Below are positions 1 through 9,218 of a DNA stretch of 64,000 nt, piece after piece; the stretch's first letter is position 1, and the number at the start of each line of letters is the position of its first letter. Source of the DNA: Candidatus Thorarchaeota archaeon (lineage in GTDB: Archaea; Asgardarchaeota; Thorarchaeia; Thorarchaeales; Thorarchaeaceae). The translations under genes were made by a program, and so were the position numbers. The notes beneath the pieces were generated by a model. The model was given only the letters and a program-made list of their open reading frames with translations, ran no database searches and was not told where the DNA came from. Location: NCBI GenBank assembly GCA_019057475.1, contig DXJO01000007.1, positions 32,001 through 96,000 on the forward strand, in the 5' to 3' direction.

Positions 1-11
1 GGAAGCGATGA

Positions 12-731
12 CTAAGCTGGCTGGTAGCGCTTGATTTCCTTCTTCATTTCCTTCTTTATCTTCAGTATATCTCGTGCTTGCAGTTCCTTTCTGCGGGGCA
101 CAGCTGCCACGATACCATTCCACTTGTCAATTTTCACCATTATTGGATCACTTGGTACAATTTTGGTTATCTCCGCTTTCGAGGAGGCCATCTGATCCAA
201 GACTGCTCCGGCCTTGCAGCCCATCTTCAGTGTTGCGACCATTGCTTCAAGCTGAGCAGCAATCTGTATGCCTGCATGTGGTGACACCGACCCTCCTGTC
301 GCAATCGGATCTTCGACTGGTGCTGGAGCAACTTGAGCAGGTGCGGGTGCAGGTTTAGGTGCAGGGAGTGGGGAAGGAGTAGTAGCGGGAGCGATAGTCG
401 GAGCAGAGGTGGGAGCAGAAGCGGGAGCAGGAATGTTCTGAACCATCGTCTGTATCTCTTGGCGGAAACTATCCAGGGTTGAATTGACTGAAGTATTGAG
501 ACTTGCTAGATCGCCCCTGATTGCCGCAATTGCATCCTCCTGAAACGCCCCTTGTGCTTGGGTTTGAGGGATTGTCTGGATAGCCGTCATGATTTGTTCC
601 GTTGCTATCCGGACTTCAGACTTGATCTCGTTAAGTGCGCTCAGGAGCGTTACCATACGCTTGAGTGTTTCACCCAGAGACGCGATGCTAGATTCTATCT
701 CAGTAAGTCGACTCAGGAATTGCTCTGCCAT
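12..731 (-). CDS. Hypothetical protein: N-terminal coiled coil, Pro/Ala-rich linker, helical C-terminal domain
   Basis: Long ORF. Likely start is ATG 731 (MAEQFLSRL). Heptad-like N-terminus and a PAPASAPTSAP...PKPAPAPA linker. Confidence 0.7.
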   Translation of the reverse strand: MAEQFLSRLTEIESSIASLGETLKRMVTLLSALNEIKSEVRIATEQIMTAIQTIPQTQAQGAFQEDAIAAIRGDLASLNTSVNSTLDSFRQEIQTMVQNIPAPASAPTSAPTIAPATTPSPLPAPKPAPAPAQVAPAPVEDPIATGGSVSPHAGIQIAAQLEAMVATLKMGCKAGAVLDQMASSKAEITKIVPSDPIMVKIDKWNGIVAAVPRRKELQARDILKIKKEMKKEIKRYQPA

Positions 732-898
732 AGGTGCCACCCATTCATAGTTGACATCAGCTTGAGAGAATCCTAGCAATAAAGGCTTTGTCTGACGGGT
801 GTCAACGCATGCCCGCAAGATTGGGAGGACACACGCACAGAAGCGTTAAATGTCAAAGATTGGGAATCCACAAGAGAGGAATCTAGGACGGTAATAGG

Positions 899-1498
899 TT
901 GAACTCTGAACCAGTTTCGCACATGTTTAAGCTAGTTGCCCTAGGGGACGGGGCAGTCGGCAAGACTAGTTGCATTAAAAGATACACAGAGGACAGCTTT
1001 AGCGAGCAGTACATCATGACGATTGGTACGACCTTCGCGCTCAAGACAGTTGAGGTCGATTCGCCCGAGGGACATAAGATTACAGCACGAGTTGTTTTAT
1101 GGGATCTGGCAGGACAGCCCACGTACAACGAACTGCGTCGCCGTTACATGGCCGGCGCGTCGATGGGCATAATTGTCTATGATGTCACTCGTCCTCAGAC
1201 ATTTCTGGATATCGGCGAGTGGTTCACGAAATTCATCACAGTCTGCCCCAATGCTGTTGTTGCTGTGGTTGCCAACAAAATTGACAGGTCGGATAGGCTT
1301 GTGCCACCTGAAGCAGGCGATATGGTGAAGGAGTGGCTGGATGTTCTGCACTATGAAACTTCAGCCAAGAGCGGGGAAAATGTAGACACACTATTCACTG
1401 AGCTGGTTCTTAGGGCGATTGAGAAACAGAAGAAGCTAGGTCCGATGGAGCCAGGATTCCATGGTTCATCTCAATCGAAACCCTTTAAGACGACGTAG
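899..1498 (+). CDS. Rab/Ras-like small GTPase (eukaryotic signature protein)
   Basis: G1 GDGAVGKTS, G2 TIG, G3 WDLAGQ, G4 NKID, G5 ETSAK. No C-terminal Cys prenylation motif. Confidence 0.95.
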   Translation: MNSEPVSHMFKLVALGDGAVGKTSCIKRYTEDSFSEQYIMTIGTTFALKTVEVDSPEGHKITARVVLWDLAGQPTYNELRRRYMAGASMGIIVYDVTRPQTFLDIGEWFTKFITVCPNAVVAVVANKIDRSDRLVPPEAGDMVKEWLDVLHYETSAKSGENVDTLFTELVLRAIEKQKKLGPMEPGFHGSSQSKPFKTT

Positions 1499-1519
1499 AA
1501 TACTCCCAGATATGGGCTG

Positions 1520-2062
1520 GTGCCAATGGTTCAGAGAGGGCAAATTGTCAAAGGGGCTTTGGCTCACTTCTTGCTGTTGGTCATTAATTTCTTCGTCCTG
1601 CTTGGTGTGATTGAGAGTCTACAGATATTCACCGACGACTTACCGATTATCAACGCGATTATTCTTGGCTACATGTTGCTACACACGATATCTTTGCTCA
1701 CAATACAGTTGAGCATCCAGATTCTTCAACTGATTAGAATTAGGACGCCATCTTTTCTTATTAGCTACTACTTCAGATTCGATGATGATGAAGCCATCCC
1801 GATCTCCCTGCTAGACCCCACCAAGAGCAGGCTGGCTGTGGTCATTCTTCTTCTAATTATCAGCGGAGGACCAATACTCTATCCAATATTCGCTGTGTAC
1901 GGCTTCTTCCTAGCCTACGCGCATCTTGCTTCCATTATCATCGACCCGTTGACGATTCTCTACTACTTCGAGGTGTTCTTGAATTACATGCCACCTGTAC
2001 TTGTGATTATAGTAGCCATTGTGATCATCTCGATTGTGGCCATTGAGTTCAGACATGTCTAG
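1520..2062 (+). CDS. Hypothetical multi-pass membrane protein
   Basis: About 4 hydrophobic segments. Co-oriented 21 nt downstream of the GTPase. Confidence 0.75.
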   Translation: MPMVQRGQIVKGALAHFLLLVINFFVLLGVIESLQIFTDDLPIINAIILGYMLLHTISLLTIQLSIQILQLIRIRTPSFLISYYFRFDDDEAIPISLLDPTKSRLAVVILLLIISGGPILYPIFAVYGFFLAYAHLASIIIDPLTILYYFEVFLNYMPPVLVIIVAIVIISIVAIEFRHV

Positions 2063-2142
2063 TAAGCCCGGAAGAGCACCCGACACGCGTGTTGCGACGC
2101 ATGTGTTTATATCGCTACGAACTTCTTGCAGCCCGACTCACA

Positions 2143-3498
2143 TTGAAACGACCCGACGTAATAGTAGTTGGTGCAGGGACAGCAGGCTGTGTTACTGCGA
2201 AACGGTGCGCTGAACTGGGACTGAAGACCATGCTTCTTGACCGCAGACAAGAACCAGAGATTGGGAAAAAGGTCTGCGGGGATGAGATCAGCAAGTCACA
2301 CTTCGAGTTCACAGGAATCGAACCACCACACGGCAATGAAATATCATCTGAAGTCAAGGGTGCGGACGTCTATCCGCCCAACATGTCGAACGAGCTGCAG
2401 GTTAGAGGATGGGACGAATTCGATGGTTGGACAATTGACAGACCGCTATTTGGACAGCGGCTGCTCCAGAGAGCGGTGCAAGTGGGGGTGGTCTTCAAGC
2501 CAGAAGTTCACGTTATCGGGCCAATGCTCATGCAGGAGAGGGTGGCCGGAGTAGTGTATCTCGACCGCAACACCGATGAAAAGATGGCAATCAGTTGCAA
2601 GCTGGTAGTGGATGCAAGCGGTTTCGCTGGAGCAATCAGAAAGAAGCTGGACGATCCACTTGTTGAGCGCGACATTGCGAAGGAAGATGTCGCCTTATGT
2701 TACCGTGAGATACTGGACTTGAAGAATCCAATGGCAGAGCCAGAGGTGGCACGAGTATACCTGGGGGGTGATGCCGCTCCGCAAGGCTATGCATGGGTGT
2801 TCCCTAAGGGACCTAAGACAATCAACGCGGGTGTTGGAATCACTGGAGGGAAGGGAAAGGGGTCTCCCAAGAGTTACTTCGAGACCTTCAAGAAACAAAA
2901 CCCACTGTTACATGGCGCGCGTGTATTAGAAGGCGGAGGAGGAGCAGTGCCAATCAGGCGGCCAATGAAGAGCCTTGTGGCAGACGGAGTGGCTTTTGTA
3001 GGTGATGCCGCTTGGCAGGTTAATCCCATACATGGTGGTGGTATTGGAGCCGGAATGAGAGCTGGAATAATCCTAGGCGAAGTGGCAAAACAGGCCATAG
3101 CGAGGAAAGATGTGAGCGCAGGAGGCCTGTGGGGCTACAACACACTGTACCTTCGTAGATTTGGAAGAAGACTCGCTTCTCTAGAGGTATTCAAGAGGCT
3201 TCTCCAAGCAGTCAGTGACGATGATATGAACTATGGCTTCGAGAAGCGCCTGCTCGAAGCAAACGACCTGATGGCTGCAAATCGCGGTGACGGATTATCA
3301 ATTAGCATGAGAAACAAGATAGGCAAGGCAAAAAGAGGCGCCTCACGCGTCAAACTCCTATTGAAGCTGCAGAAAGCGGCCAGTCTTATGAAGAAAGTTG
3401 ACCGCCACTATGCTCAATACCCCGGAACTCCAGACGGTCTTGAGAATTGGGCACGTGGCACCGATAAGATTATGGCTTCAGCTAAATTTGGCTCGTGA
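2143..3498 (+). CDS. Geranylgeranyl reductase family (digeranylgeranylglycerophospholipid reductase-like)
   Basis: VVGAGTAG FAD motif, KVCGD, GYAWVFPK, VGDAA..VNPIHGGGI. Start inferred at TTG 2143. Confidence 0.92.
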   Translation: MKRPDVIVVGAGTAGCVTAKRCAELGLKTMLLDRRQEPEIGKKVCGDEISKSHFEFTGIEPPHGNEISSEVKGADVYPPNMSNELQVRGWDEFDGWTIDRPLFGQRLLQRAVQVGVVFKPEVHVIGPMLMQERVAGVVYLDRNTDEKMAISCKLVVDASGFAGAIRKKLDDPLVERDIAKEDVALCYREILDLKNPMAEPEVARVYLGGDAAPQGYAWVFPKGPKTINAGVGITGGKGKGSPKSYFETFKKQNPLLHGARVLEGGGGAVPIRRPMKSLVADGVAFVGDAAWQVNPIHGGGIGAGMRAGIILGEVAKQAIARKDVSAGGLWGYNTLYLRRFGRRLASLEVFKRLLQAVSDDDMNYGFEKRLLEANDLMAANRGDGLSISMRNKIGKAKRGASRVKLLLKLQKAASLMKKVDRHYAQYPGTPDGLENWARGTDKIMASAKFGS

Positions 3499-3511
3499 CG
3501 AGCCAGCTTTC

Positions 3512-4609
3512 TTAGGTGGTCATCCCGTCAACGTCCCTGATGCCATCCTTGCATACTCTGAAGATGGCTTCGCCTTCAGGCAAATTCGGTGAGTCTACCA
3601 GTCTGCAAATCCTACGTTCACCCTTGGACTTTCTTAGATAGCAACGTGTCTGAGGTACGTGAGCCAGAACATGCCCACCGACAGGTGTTGTTGGATCACC
3701 AAAGAAAGCGTCGGGACGCGACATCACCTGATTCGTGATATAGATAGCCATATTGGCGACCTCTGCACCCCGCTGTAGATGATGCAGGTGCTTGTTGAGC
3801 TTCTGCTGTCGTGCCGCTAGAGTACCGCGACCTGTGTATTCAGCTCTGAAGTGACTGGTCACTGAGTCAAGAACGAGAAGCTTGGCATTTAGCTCTGTGG
3901 CCATCTCCAGTGCTTGGTCACATAACAAAATCTGATGATCGGAATTGAACGCTCGTGCCCACACCACGTTCTTCAGAACTTTCTTGGGATCAAGACCCAC
4001 AGCCTCAGCCATGTCAACAAGACGCTCCGGACGGAAAGTACCCTCGGTATCCACATAGATCGCTGTTGCGCTCAAGCCTCCCTTGTCAGGAGGTAGTTGA
4101 ACATTGACAGCCAGCTGGTGAGCCATCTGTGTCTTCCCCGAACGGAACGAACCGTACATCTCGGTGATACTCTGGGTTTCAAGACCGCCGCCGAAGAGCT
4201 CGTCAAGAGCCTTAGAGCCAGTACTGATTCTACCAGCCGTTCTGCGCCGCTCTAGCATTAGGTCAGCTGTTTCGAAGCCGATATCCAACATCTCTCTTGC
4301 TGCCTTGACGATTTTCGTCGCAGTTGTTTCGCCGATTGAGCCGGCTGCTGCAAGCTCTCTCGGTGAAGCCACTGCAATCGCCTCAACACTCTTGTAACCT
4401 GACTCAGCTAGCCTTTTTCCAATTGCAGGTCCGACGCCTGGAAGATCGGTCACATCGAGACTGGCGTTAGCTTCTGCACTGGCCTCTAATGTAGAATCTT
4501 TCCCTTCATCAAACTCCTCGTAGTCAACATCATCCTTGTCCTTCTTTGCTGGAATCCTAAAGACCTCCCTCAAGTGCTTGGTACGCTGAATTTCACCGAC
4601 GCAAAGCAC
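3512..4609 (-). CDS. radA: DNA repair and recombination protein RadA
   Basis: N-terminal HhH (LPGVG), Walker [41 protein letters not shown]. Start uncertain (GTG 4609 or ATT 4555). Confidence 0.97.
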   Translation of the reverse strand: MLCVGEIQRTKHLREVFRIPAKKDKDDVDYEEFDEGKDSTLEASAEANASLDVTDLPGVGPAIGKRLAESGYKSVEAIAVASPRELAAAGSIGETTATKIVKAAREMLDIGFETADLMLERRRTAGRISTGSKALDELFGGGLETQSITEMYGSFRSGKTQMAHQLAVNVQLPPDKGGLSATAIYVDTEGTFRPERLVDMAEAVGLDPKKVLKNVVWARAFNSDHQILLCDQALEMATELNAKLLVLDSVTSHFRAEYTGRGTLAARQQKLNKHLHHLQRGAEVANMAIYITNQVMSRPDAFFGDPTTPVGGHVLAHVPQTRCYLRKSKGERRICRLVDSPNLPEGEAIFRVCKDGIRDVDGMTT

Positions 4610-4781
4610 GTGGCTAAGCTATGGTGGATTCATACAGTATAAAAATGGCACTAGTTGCGGCACCGAGTGAGTATGCGATGAAGACAGGATTCGACGAACC
4701 TAATCAAGCGAACCGTACAATGGGATTGGTCTGTCTTTAAGAGGCAGTGTGGTGCGTTTGTGAAACTGAGGTTCCGGTGAA

Positions 4782-5090
4782 TCAGAGCTTAGTCAGAGTA
4801 ACAAGAATAAACTCTTCTTGAGGAGCAATGCGAATTCCACCGAAGGTCGTTTGAACCTGGATGAAATGCAAATCACCGCCCTCATTGACCTGTCTGATGA
4901 TTTCTTTTGTCTTACCGATGAGGGCACTGAGCAGCGCCGATATCTCTTCAGCTCTTTCTAGACTTACGCCCCAGCTGTTTATCGGAAAGCCCTCTGGACT
5001 GATGAAGAGTGCGGCATAGACGTCCGGAAACTTGCTGGTAATATTCTGGATTATTCGTTCAAAGATCTCCCGCTTTGGCATTGCCGGCAT
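4782..5090 (-). CDS. Roadblock/LC7 domain protein
   Basis: 102 aa with ALFISPEGFPI...ISALLSALIG, the typical roadblock pattern. Confidence 0.85.
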   Translation of the reverse strand: MPAMPKREIFERIIQNITSKFPDVYAALFISPEGFPINSWGVSLERAEEISALLSALIGKTKEIIRQVNEGGDLHFIQVQTTFGGIRIAPQEEFILVTLTKL

Positions 5091-5160
5091 GAGTTACACA
5101 TCCGTGGTTGTCGCTGGACTTCCCGTATTAAGAAAAAGGGAAAATAAGAGAACAAAAGGT

Positions 5161-5281
5161 TTGCCATTGTAGACTTCTCGTATCAGCTTCGGAAATTCAC
5201 CACTTCCTCAAGACTGTCGGAGGAGCATCGAAGGGCTTCATGACCACACGGGATGCCTAAGCATTGCTCTACATCTGGCAA
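5161..5281 (-). ncRNA. Candidate structured ncRNA or leader RNA (121 nt)
   Basis: Ends pair (TTGCCA-GA-TGTAGA / TCTACA-A-TGGCAA) and there are nested internal stems. A pyrimidine/U-rich tract follows on the minus strand. No family recognised. Confidence 0.35.
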
Positions 5282-5446
5282 TACGTCTAAGCTATCCTTA
5301 TGAAACACCACAAATCTATTTCTGGTAAGGATTACCTGAAACGCCGAGCTGACGCTGCTACGCGTTTGGCCTTTCAGTTTCTCCGTAGGCGTGCTGTTCC
5401 TCAATGATGACCAGCCGCAGTCAGTAATAGATCAGATGTGTGTGCA

Positions 5447-6787
5447 ATGGCTGAGTTTATAGAATGCCCAGAGTGTAGCAAGAGAATTCGCAAAGGATCA
5501 ACCTTCTGCTTGCATTGTGGAATCAGAATCGGAAAGGATATGAAATCTATGGGCAGTCCTATCGTCACGGAGAATGCGCCAAGCACTGAAACTGCTGGCG
5601 TGGAGGGTCTTGAGGACAAGATGGCAGACATGCTAGCACAATCTGGTTTGCCGACCACAGTGCACTCTACAGAGGCACCGACCAGCTCAGATGCAGAAGA
5701 AGACGTTCTTCCTGATATCGATGACTCTGTTCTTCCAGAACCTGAAGAGGTTACACGAACTGAAGAAGAATCCACACTCGAAGCAACATCGCTCCCACCA
5801 GATAATGAACTGAGCTGGGAAGTTGATAATCCAGCCCCGGTAGAGGGGATGCCTGTTGTGGCAGCCGATGAGCTACCAGCCGCTCCTACCGAACCCGAAT
5901 CAGCTCGAGAGGTTGAAGTGCGCGATTACGATCATGTAAGTGCTGAGATGAATTGGGACACAGCGTCCATACCTGAGTTCTCTTCAGATGAAGTCAAGGA
6001 GGGCATGCCATTCAAGGAAGTGGCGCCTCCAAGGATTGCTGCAGATGACATAGCCACTTCAACAGATGATGCACTGCGGCACCTATTCCCGGATGAAATT
6101 GATGCTAGCACAACAGAAGCTGTTACACACCTATTCCCCAGGGGACGTGGAGATGCATCGCGTGACTTCGTCGACGTTGTGGTAGGAAAACCCAAGAAGA
6201 TTACCATCACATCCAAAATGCACGAACTGAAGACACCATCCTGTCCGAATTGCGGAACCACAATCACAGGAGATGGTTATGAGTACCCGTCTTACGTTTA
6301 CGAAGCCATGGGGAAAGCAAGGCTTGGACAGGGAGTTCAGAAGCAGAAGGAGAATGAGCACGAAAATGCCATCGAATCGTTCGAGATGGCCAAGACGCTT
6401 TTTGAGAGGGCGGAGAATCCCAAGGCGATTTTCGAAGCCCAGAAGAGAATAGATGGCGGCTATGAAGCAATGGCGGCGTCACATCTCACGCAGGGCGAGA
6501 TGCACTTCAAGGCTGGCGAGTTTGAATGGGCTGCAGTTCAATTCAAGAAAGCACGTGAGATCTTCATGTTTACAACTCGAGCCAAAATGAGAGCCAAGTG
6601 TTCCGAGAGGATACGTGCATCCTACGGTGCTTGGGGGAAGGCCATTGAATCTGATGGTGATCGATTGTCCAAAGAGGGTCGGTCAAGAGAAGCACTCGCG
6701 AAGTACCAACTTGCTGCCAGGAAGTACAAGGAGGCTGACGCTCCCAAGAGACTCAGGAATCTCGACAAGAAAATTCGCAAGGCATAG
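5447..6787 (+). CDS. Zinc-ribbon / acidic disordered region / TPR-like helical repeat protein
   Basis: CPEC..CLHCG at the N-terminus, long E/D/P-rich stretch, CPNCG, then TPR/alpha-SNAP-like helices. Confidence 0.8.
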   Translation: MAEFIECPECSKRIRKGSTFCLHCGIRIGKDMKSMGSPIVTENAPSTETAGVEGLEDKMADMLAQSGLPTTVHSTEAPTSSDAEEDVLPDIDDSVLPEPEEVTRTEEESTLEATSLPPDNELSWEVDNPAPVEGMPVVAADELPAAPTEPESAREVEVRDYDHVSAEMNWDTASIPEFSSDEVKEGMPFKEVAPPRIAADDIATSTDDALRHLFPDEIDASTTEAVTHLFPRGRGDASRDFVDVVVGKPKKITITSKMHELKTPSCPNCGTTITGDGYEYPSYVYEAMGKARLGQGVQKQKENEHENAIESFEMAKTLFERAENPKAIFEAQKRIDGGYEAMAASHLTQGEMHFKAGEFEWAAVQFKKAREIFMFTTRAKMRAKCSERIRASYGAWGKAIESDGDRLSKEGRSREALAKYQLAARKYKEADAPKRLRNLDKKIRKA

Positions 6788-6863
6788 ACTGCAGCTAAGC
6801 CTTGATTCGGACAACAAAGAGATAAGCCTTCAGACATACATAGAACCTGCGGGGAATCGTGTT

Positions 6864-7091
6864 ATGCTTGAGTACATCATCGCTGCGGCTTTGGCTATTC
6901 TTGTGGTGTCAGTAATAATAGGGTTTGGTGTCAAGCGATCTGAGGTTTCGTCTCGATCCTCTGCACCACCTAACGTGTACGACAGGTCCTATTTCCCAGG
7001 CATTACTGGCTCAACCGCGGGGCCATTGCCATTGGAAGGAAGGACCGAGAGGAAGAAGACAGAAACTTTCCGACAACATAGTGACAATTAG
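6864..7091 (+). CDS. Small single-pass membrane protein (75 aa)
   Basis: MLEYIIAAALAILVVSVIIGFGVKR: one TM helix followed by basic residues. Confidence 0.6.
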   Translation: MLEYIIAAALAILVVSVIIGFGVKRSEVSSRSSAPPNVYDRSYFPGITGSTAGPLPLEGRTERKKTETFRQHSDN

Positions 7092-7100
7092 TTGCGGAAT

Positions 7101-9218
7101 TCAAATCCAATCTCCGGTTTCCAGCTTCGTAGGCAAGTACTCGTCAGTCAGATACTTGAATGAATGGCTAGCAAAGGCCTGTATCTCAGCTTTCTCCTTC
7201 AATTGCAGCATGAGCTTCAAGTCCCTGACCCAAGCTTTGTTCTTCTGGATAAAGGGCTCCTTGAGCATATCCTTTACTCGCTTGATGTCTGTTGGCTCCA
7301 TTGGTATCCGAACAGCCTTTGGAATATTGTACGCGTCAAGGTCTCTGCTCAGGACACCAAGCAGTTTCAGCTCGGGGGTGGCTATGAATGGTGACTCGTA
7401 ACTGAGCCTCTTGCTGCCACGGAGAAACACCGAGTAGATATAATGTCCGTACGGATCTGAGTCGACAAGGGCGAAAGCAGGAATCTCAAGCTCCTTCACA
7501 AGCGTCTTAAGGAATGCTCTTGTTGCGATGTCACCACTACCTTTTCCTGTAAGGACAATGCACGGTTGTCGGTTCCAGTACTTGGCTTCAGAAAGGCGCA
7601 TTACGGCAGCATCCTTCTCGGAAAGTAGGATGAATTCTGCATCGCTTTCGAGAATTTCTACCTGATCGAGGAATGGTGTGATTGCCCACCCACCTGTACC
7701 CATCTTCGTCAAATCAATAGTGTCGCCGCCATCTCTTATGACCACACGGCCCATGGCTGATCCTCGGGCTGAAGCAACAACATGGACACTGTCTCGAGTC
7801 GTACGAAGCATAGATGCGACATCCTCAATGATCTTATCGCTATACTTCTGTTCCCGAAACAGGTTAACGTCACTGTAGAATACCTCTCGTTTCGTTGCGT
7901 GTAGGTTGGCCTTGAGCAACTCGAATACTATCTCCATTACTCGAGCAGTACGTGTGGCATCTACGACGGAAGCCAATGAATGATAGGGACGCGTGATGGT
8001 CTTCATTCCGAGGAGGAGAAGGTCTCTAATCTCGTCCCAGATGATGTTGTCTGCGGATCTGCGAGGAATCTCAAAAGCAGGGCGACCTGTCATCATAGTT
8101 TCGTTGAGGACCTCCATAGCAACTTGGATTAGCTTGTCCTGTGTTTCATCGGTTGTCAGACCAACAACTTGGACTGTGTCCTCTGTTGTCAATTCGCCCT
8201 CTTTAGGTTCCGCCCCACCTGCGAGAGCCTCAGCTCTCTTCTCAGCTTCCCTCCACTTCCTCTTCATCTGCTTGGCAACATGAGTGACAGCCGCAGGGAC
8301 GGGAAGGCCTGATTTTTTCTTCTTCGCTTTCGTCCTTTGAAGCTTCTTTGGAATCTGCTTTGCATCTTCTTCCATTGGTTTCTTCTTGGTTGGTGCCTTC
8401 TTGGACGCAGCTTTCTTTTGTGGAGCCTTCTTTTTGGATTCCACTTTCTTGGCCGCAACTGCTGCCTCCGTAGGAACCTCCTCCTTGGGAGCCACGGGTC
8501 TCTCCACGGGCTTCGGTTCTACCTTGGGAATAGCCATACCAGTTATTGCCTGCATCTCCCTATCTTGAACAGCCTTCTTCGCCGCGACAATTATCATCTT
8601 CGCTCGATTAACGCTCAAGCCGCTCACAAGTCGGGCAACACTTTGCGGACGTGCTCGCGATAATCGGGACACAGAATTGTAACCTGAGCCCTCGAGCTTG
8701 CGTACCATTTTTGCACCCACCCCTGGCAGAGAAGCAAGAGGAATCTCAGCGGGGCCTCGTGTGATTTCCACTGCTGCAGCATCCTCAGGCTCAATGTCCG
8801 CTACAGGCTTCGATTTGGTACTCTTCTCAGGCACCTTAAGAGATTCCTTTGCAGCCCGCACCAAGTTCTTCGCACCCGTCTTACTTAATCCGTTCACTTT
8901 CTTCGCAACGCTTTTCGATCTGGCTTTTGAAAGCTTGAGAACAGAGTCATATCCTGCAGCTACAAGTCGGTTTCTAAGCTTGGACCCAACACCTGGAAGT
9001 GAAGCCAGTGGTGGACCTGTTACAACTTGCGGCTCTTTCTTGACAGAGGGCTTTGCCTTAACCTTCTTAGCAAGTGCCTTCCTCTTGGTTGTCTTTGCTG
9101 AGGATTTCTTCTTGGTAGTCTTCTTCTTGCTAGTGGTTTTCTTGGAAGGCTTTTTTACAAGCTCACCCAATGTAGATTGGATGGTTTCCTTTTTTCTAGT
9201 CTTCTTTCTTGGACTCAT
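7101..9218 (-). CDS. top6A: DNA topoisomerase VI subunit A with ~350-aa N-terminal extension
   Basis: Catalytic-Tyr region TKREVFYSD, Toprim SEKDA and DSDPYG, KAEIQA. Overlaps top6B by 4 nt. Confidence 0.95.
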   Translation of the reverse strand: MSPRKKTRKKETIQSTLGELVKKPSKKTTSKKKTTKKKSSAKTTKRKALAKKVKAKPSVKKEPQVVTGPPLASLPGVGSKLRNRLVAAGYDSVLKLSKARSKSVAKKVNGLSKTGAKNLVRAAKESLKVPEKSTKSKPVADIEPEDAAAVEITRGPAEIPLASLPGVGAKMVRKLEGSGYNSVSRLSRARPQSVARLVSGLSVNRAKMIIVAAKKAVQDREMQAITGMAIPKVEPKPVERPVAPKEEVPTEAAVAAKKVESKKKAPQKKAASKKAPTKKKPMEEDAKQIPKKLQRTKAKKKKSGLPVPAAVTHVAKQMKRKWREAEKRAEALAGGAEPKEGELTTEDTVQVVGLTTDETQDKLIQVAMEVLNETMMTGRPAFEIPRRSADNIIWDEIRDLLLLGMKTITRPYHSLASVVDATRTARVMEIVFELLKANLHATKREVFYSDVNLFREQKYSDKIIEDVASMLRTTRDSVHVVASARGSAMGRVVIRDGGDTIDLTKMGTGGWAITPFLDQVEILESDAEFILLSEKDAAVMRLSEAKYWNRQPCIVLTGKGSGDIATRAFLKTLVKELEIPAFALVDSDPYGHYIYSVFLRGSKRLSYESPFIATPELKLLGVLSRDLDAYNIPKAVRIPMEPTDIKRVKDMLKEPFIQKNKAWVRDLKLMLQLKEKAEIQAFASHSFKYLTDEYLPTKLETGDWI

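Noticed and set aside
320-435. Short imperfect DNA repeats
   Set aside because: They encode the Pro/Ala linker of the CDS and are not an independent repeat element.
5161-5281. 5S rRNA, or a fluoride/other known riboswitch
   Set aside because: Size fits 5S, but CCGAAC, GAAGTTAAG and similar motifs are absent. Resemblance to known riboswitch consensus is only loose.
5183-5404. 73-aa ORF
   Set aside because: No motif or RBS; overlaps a promoter-like box and the structured element.
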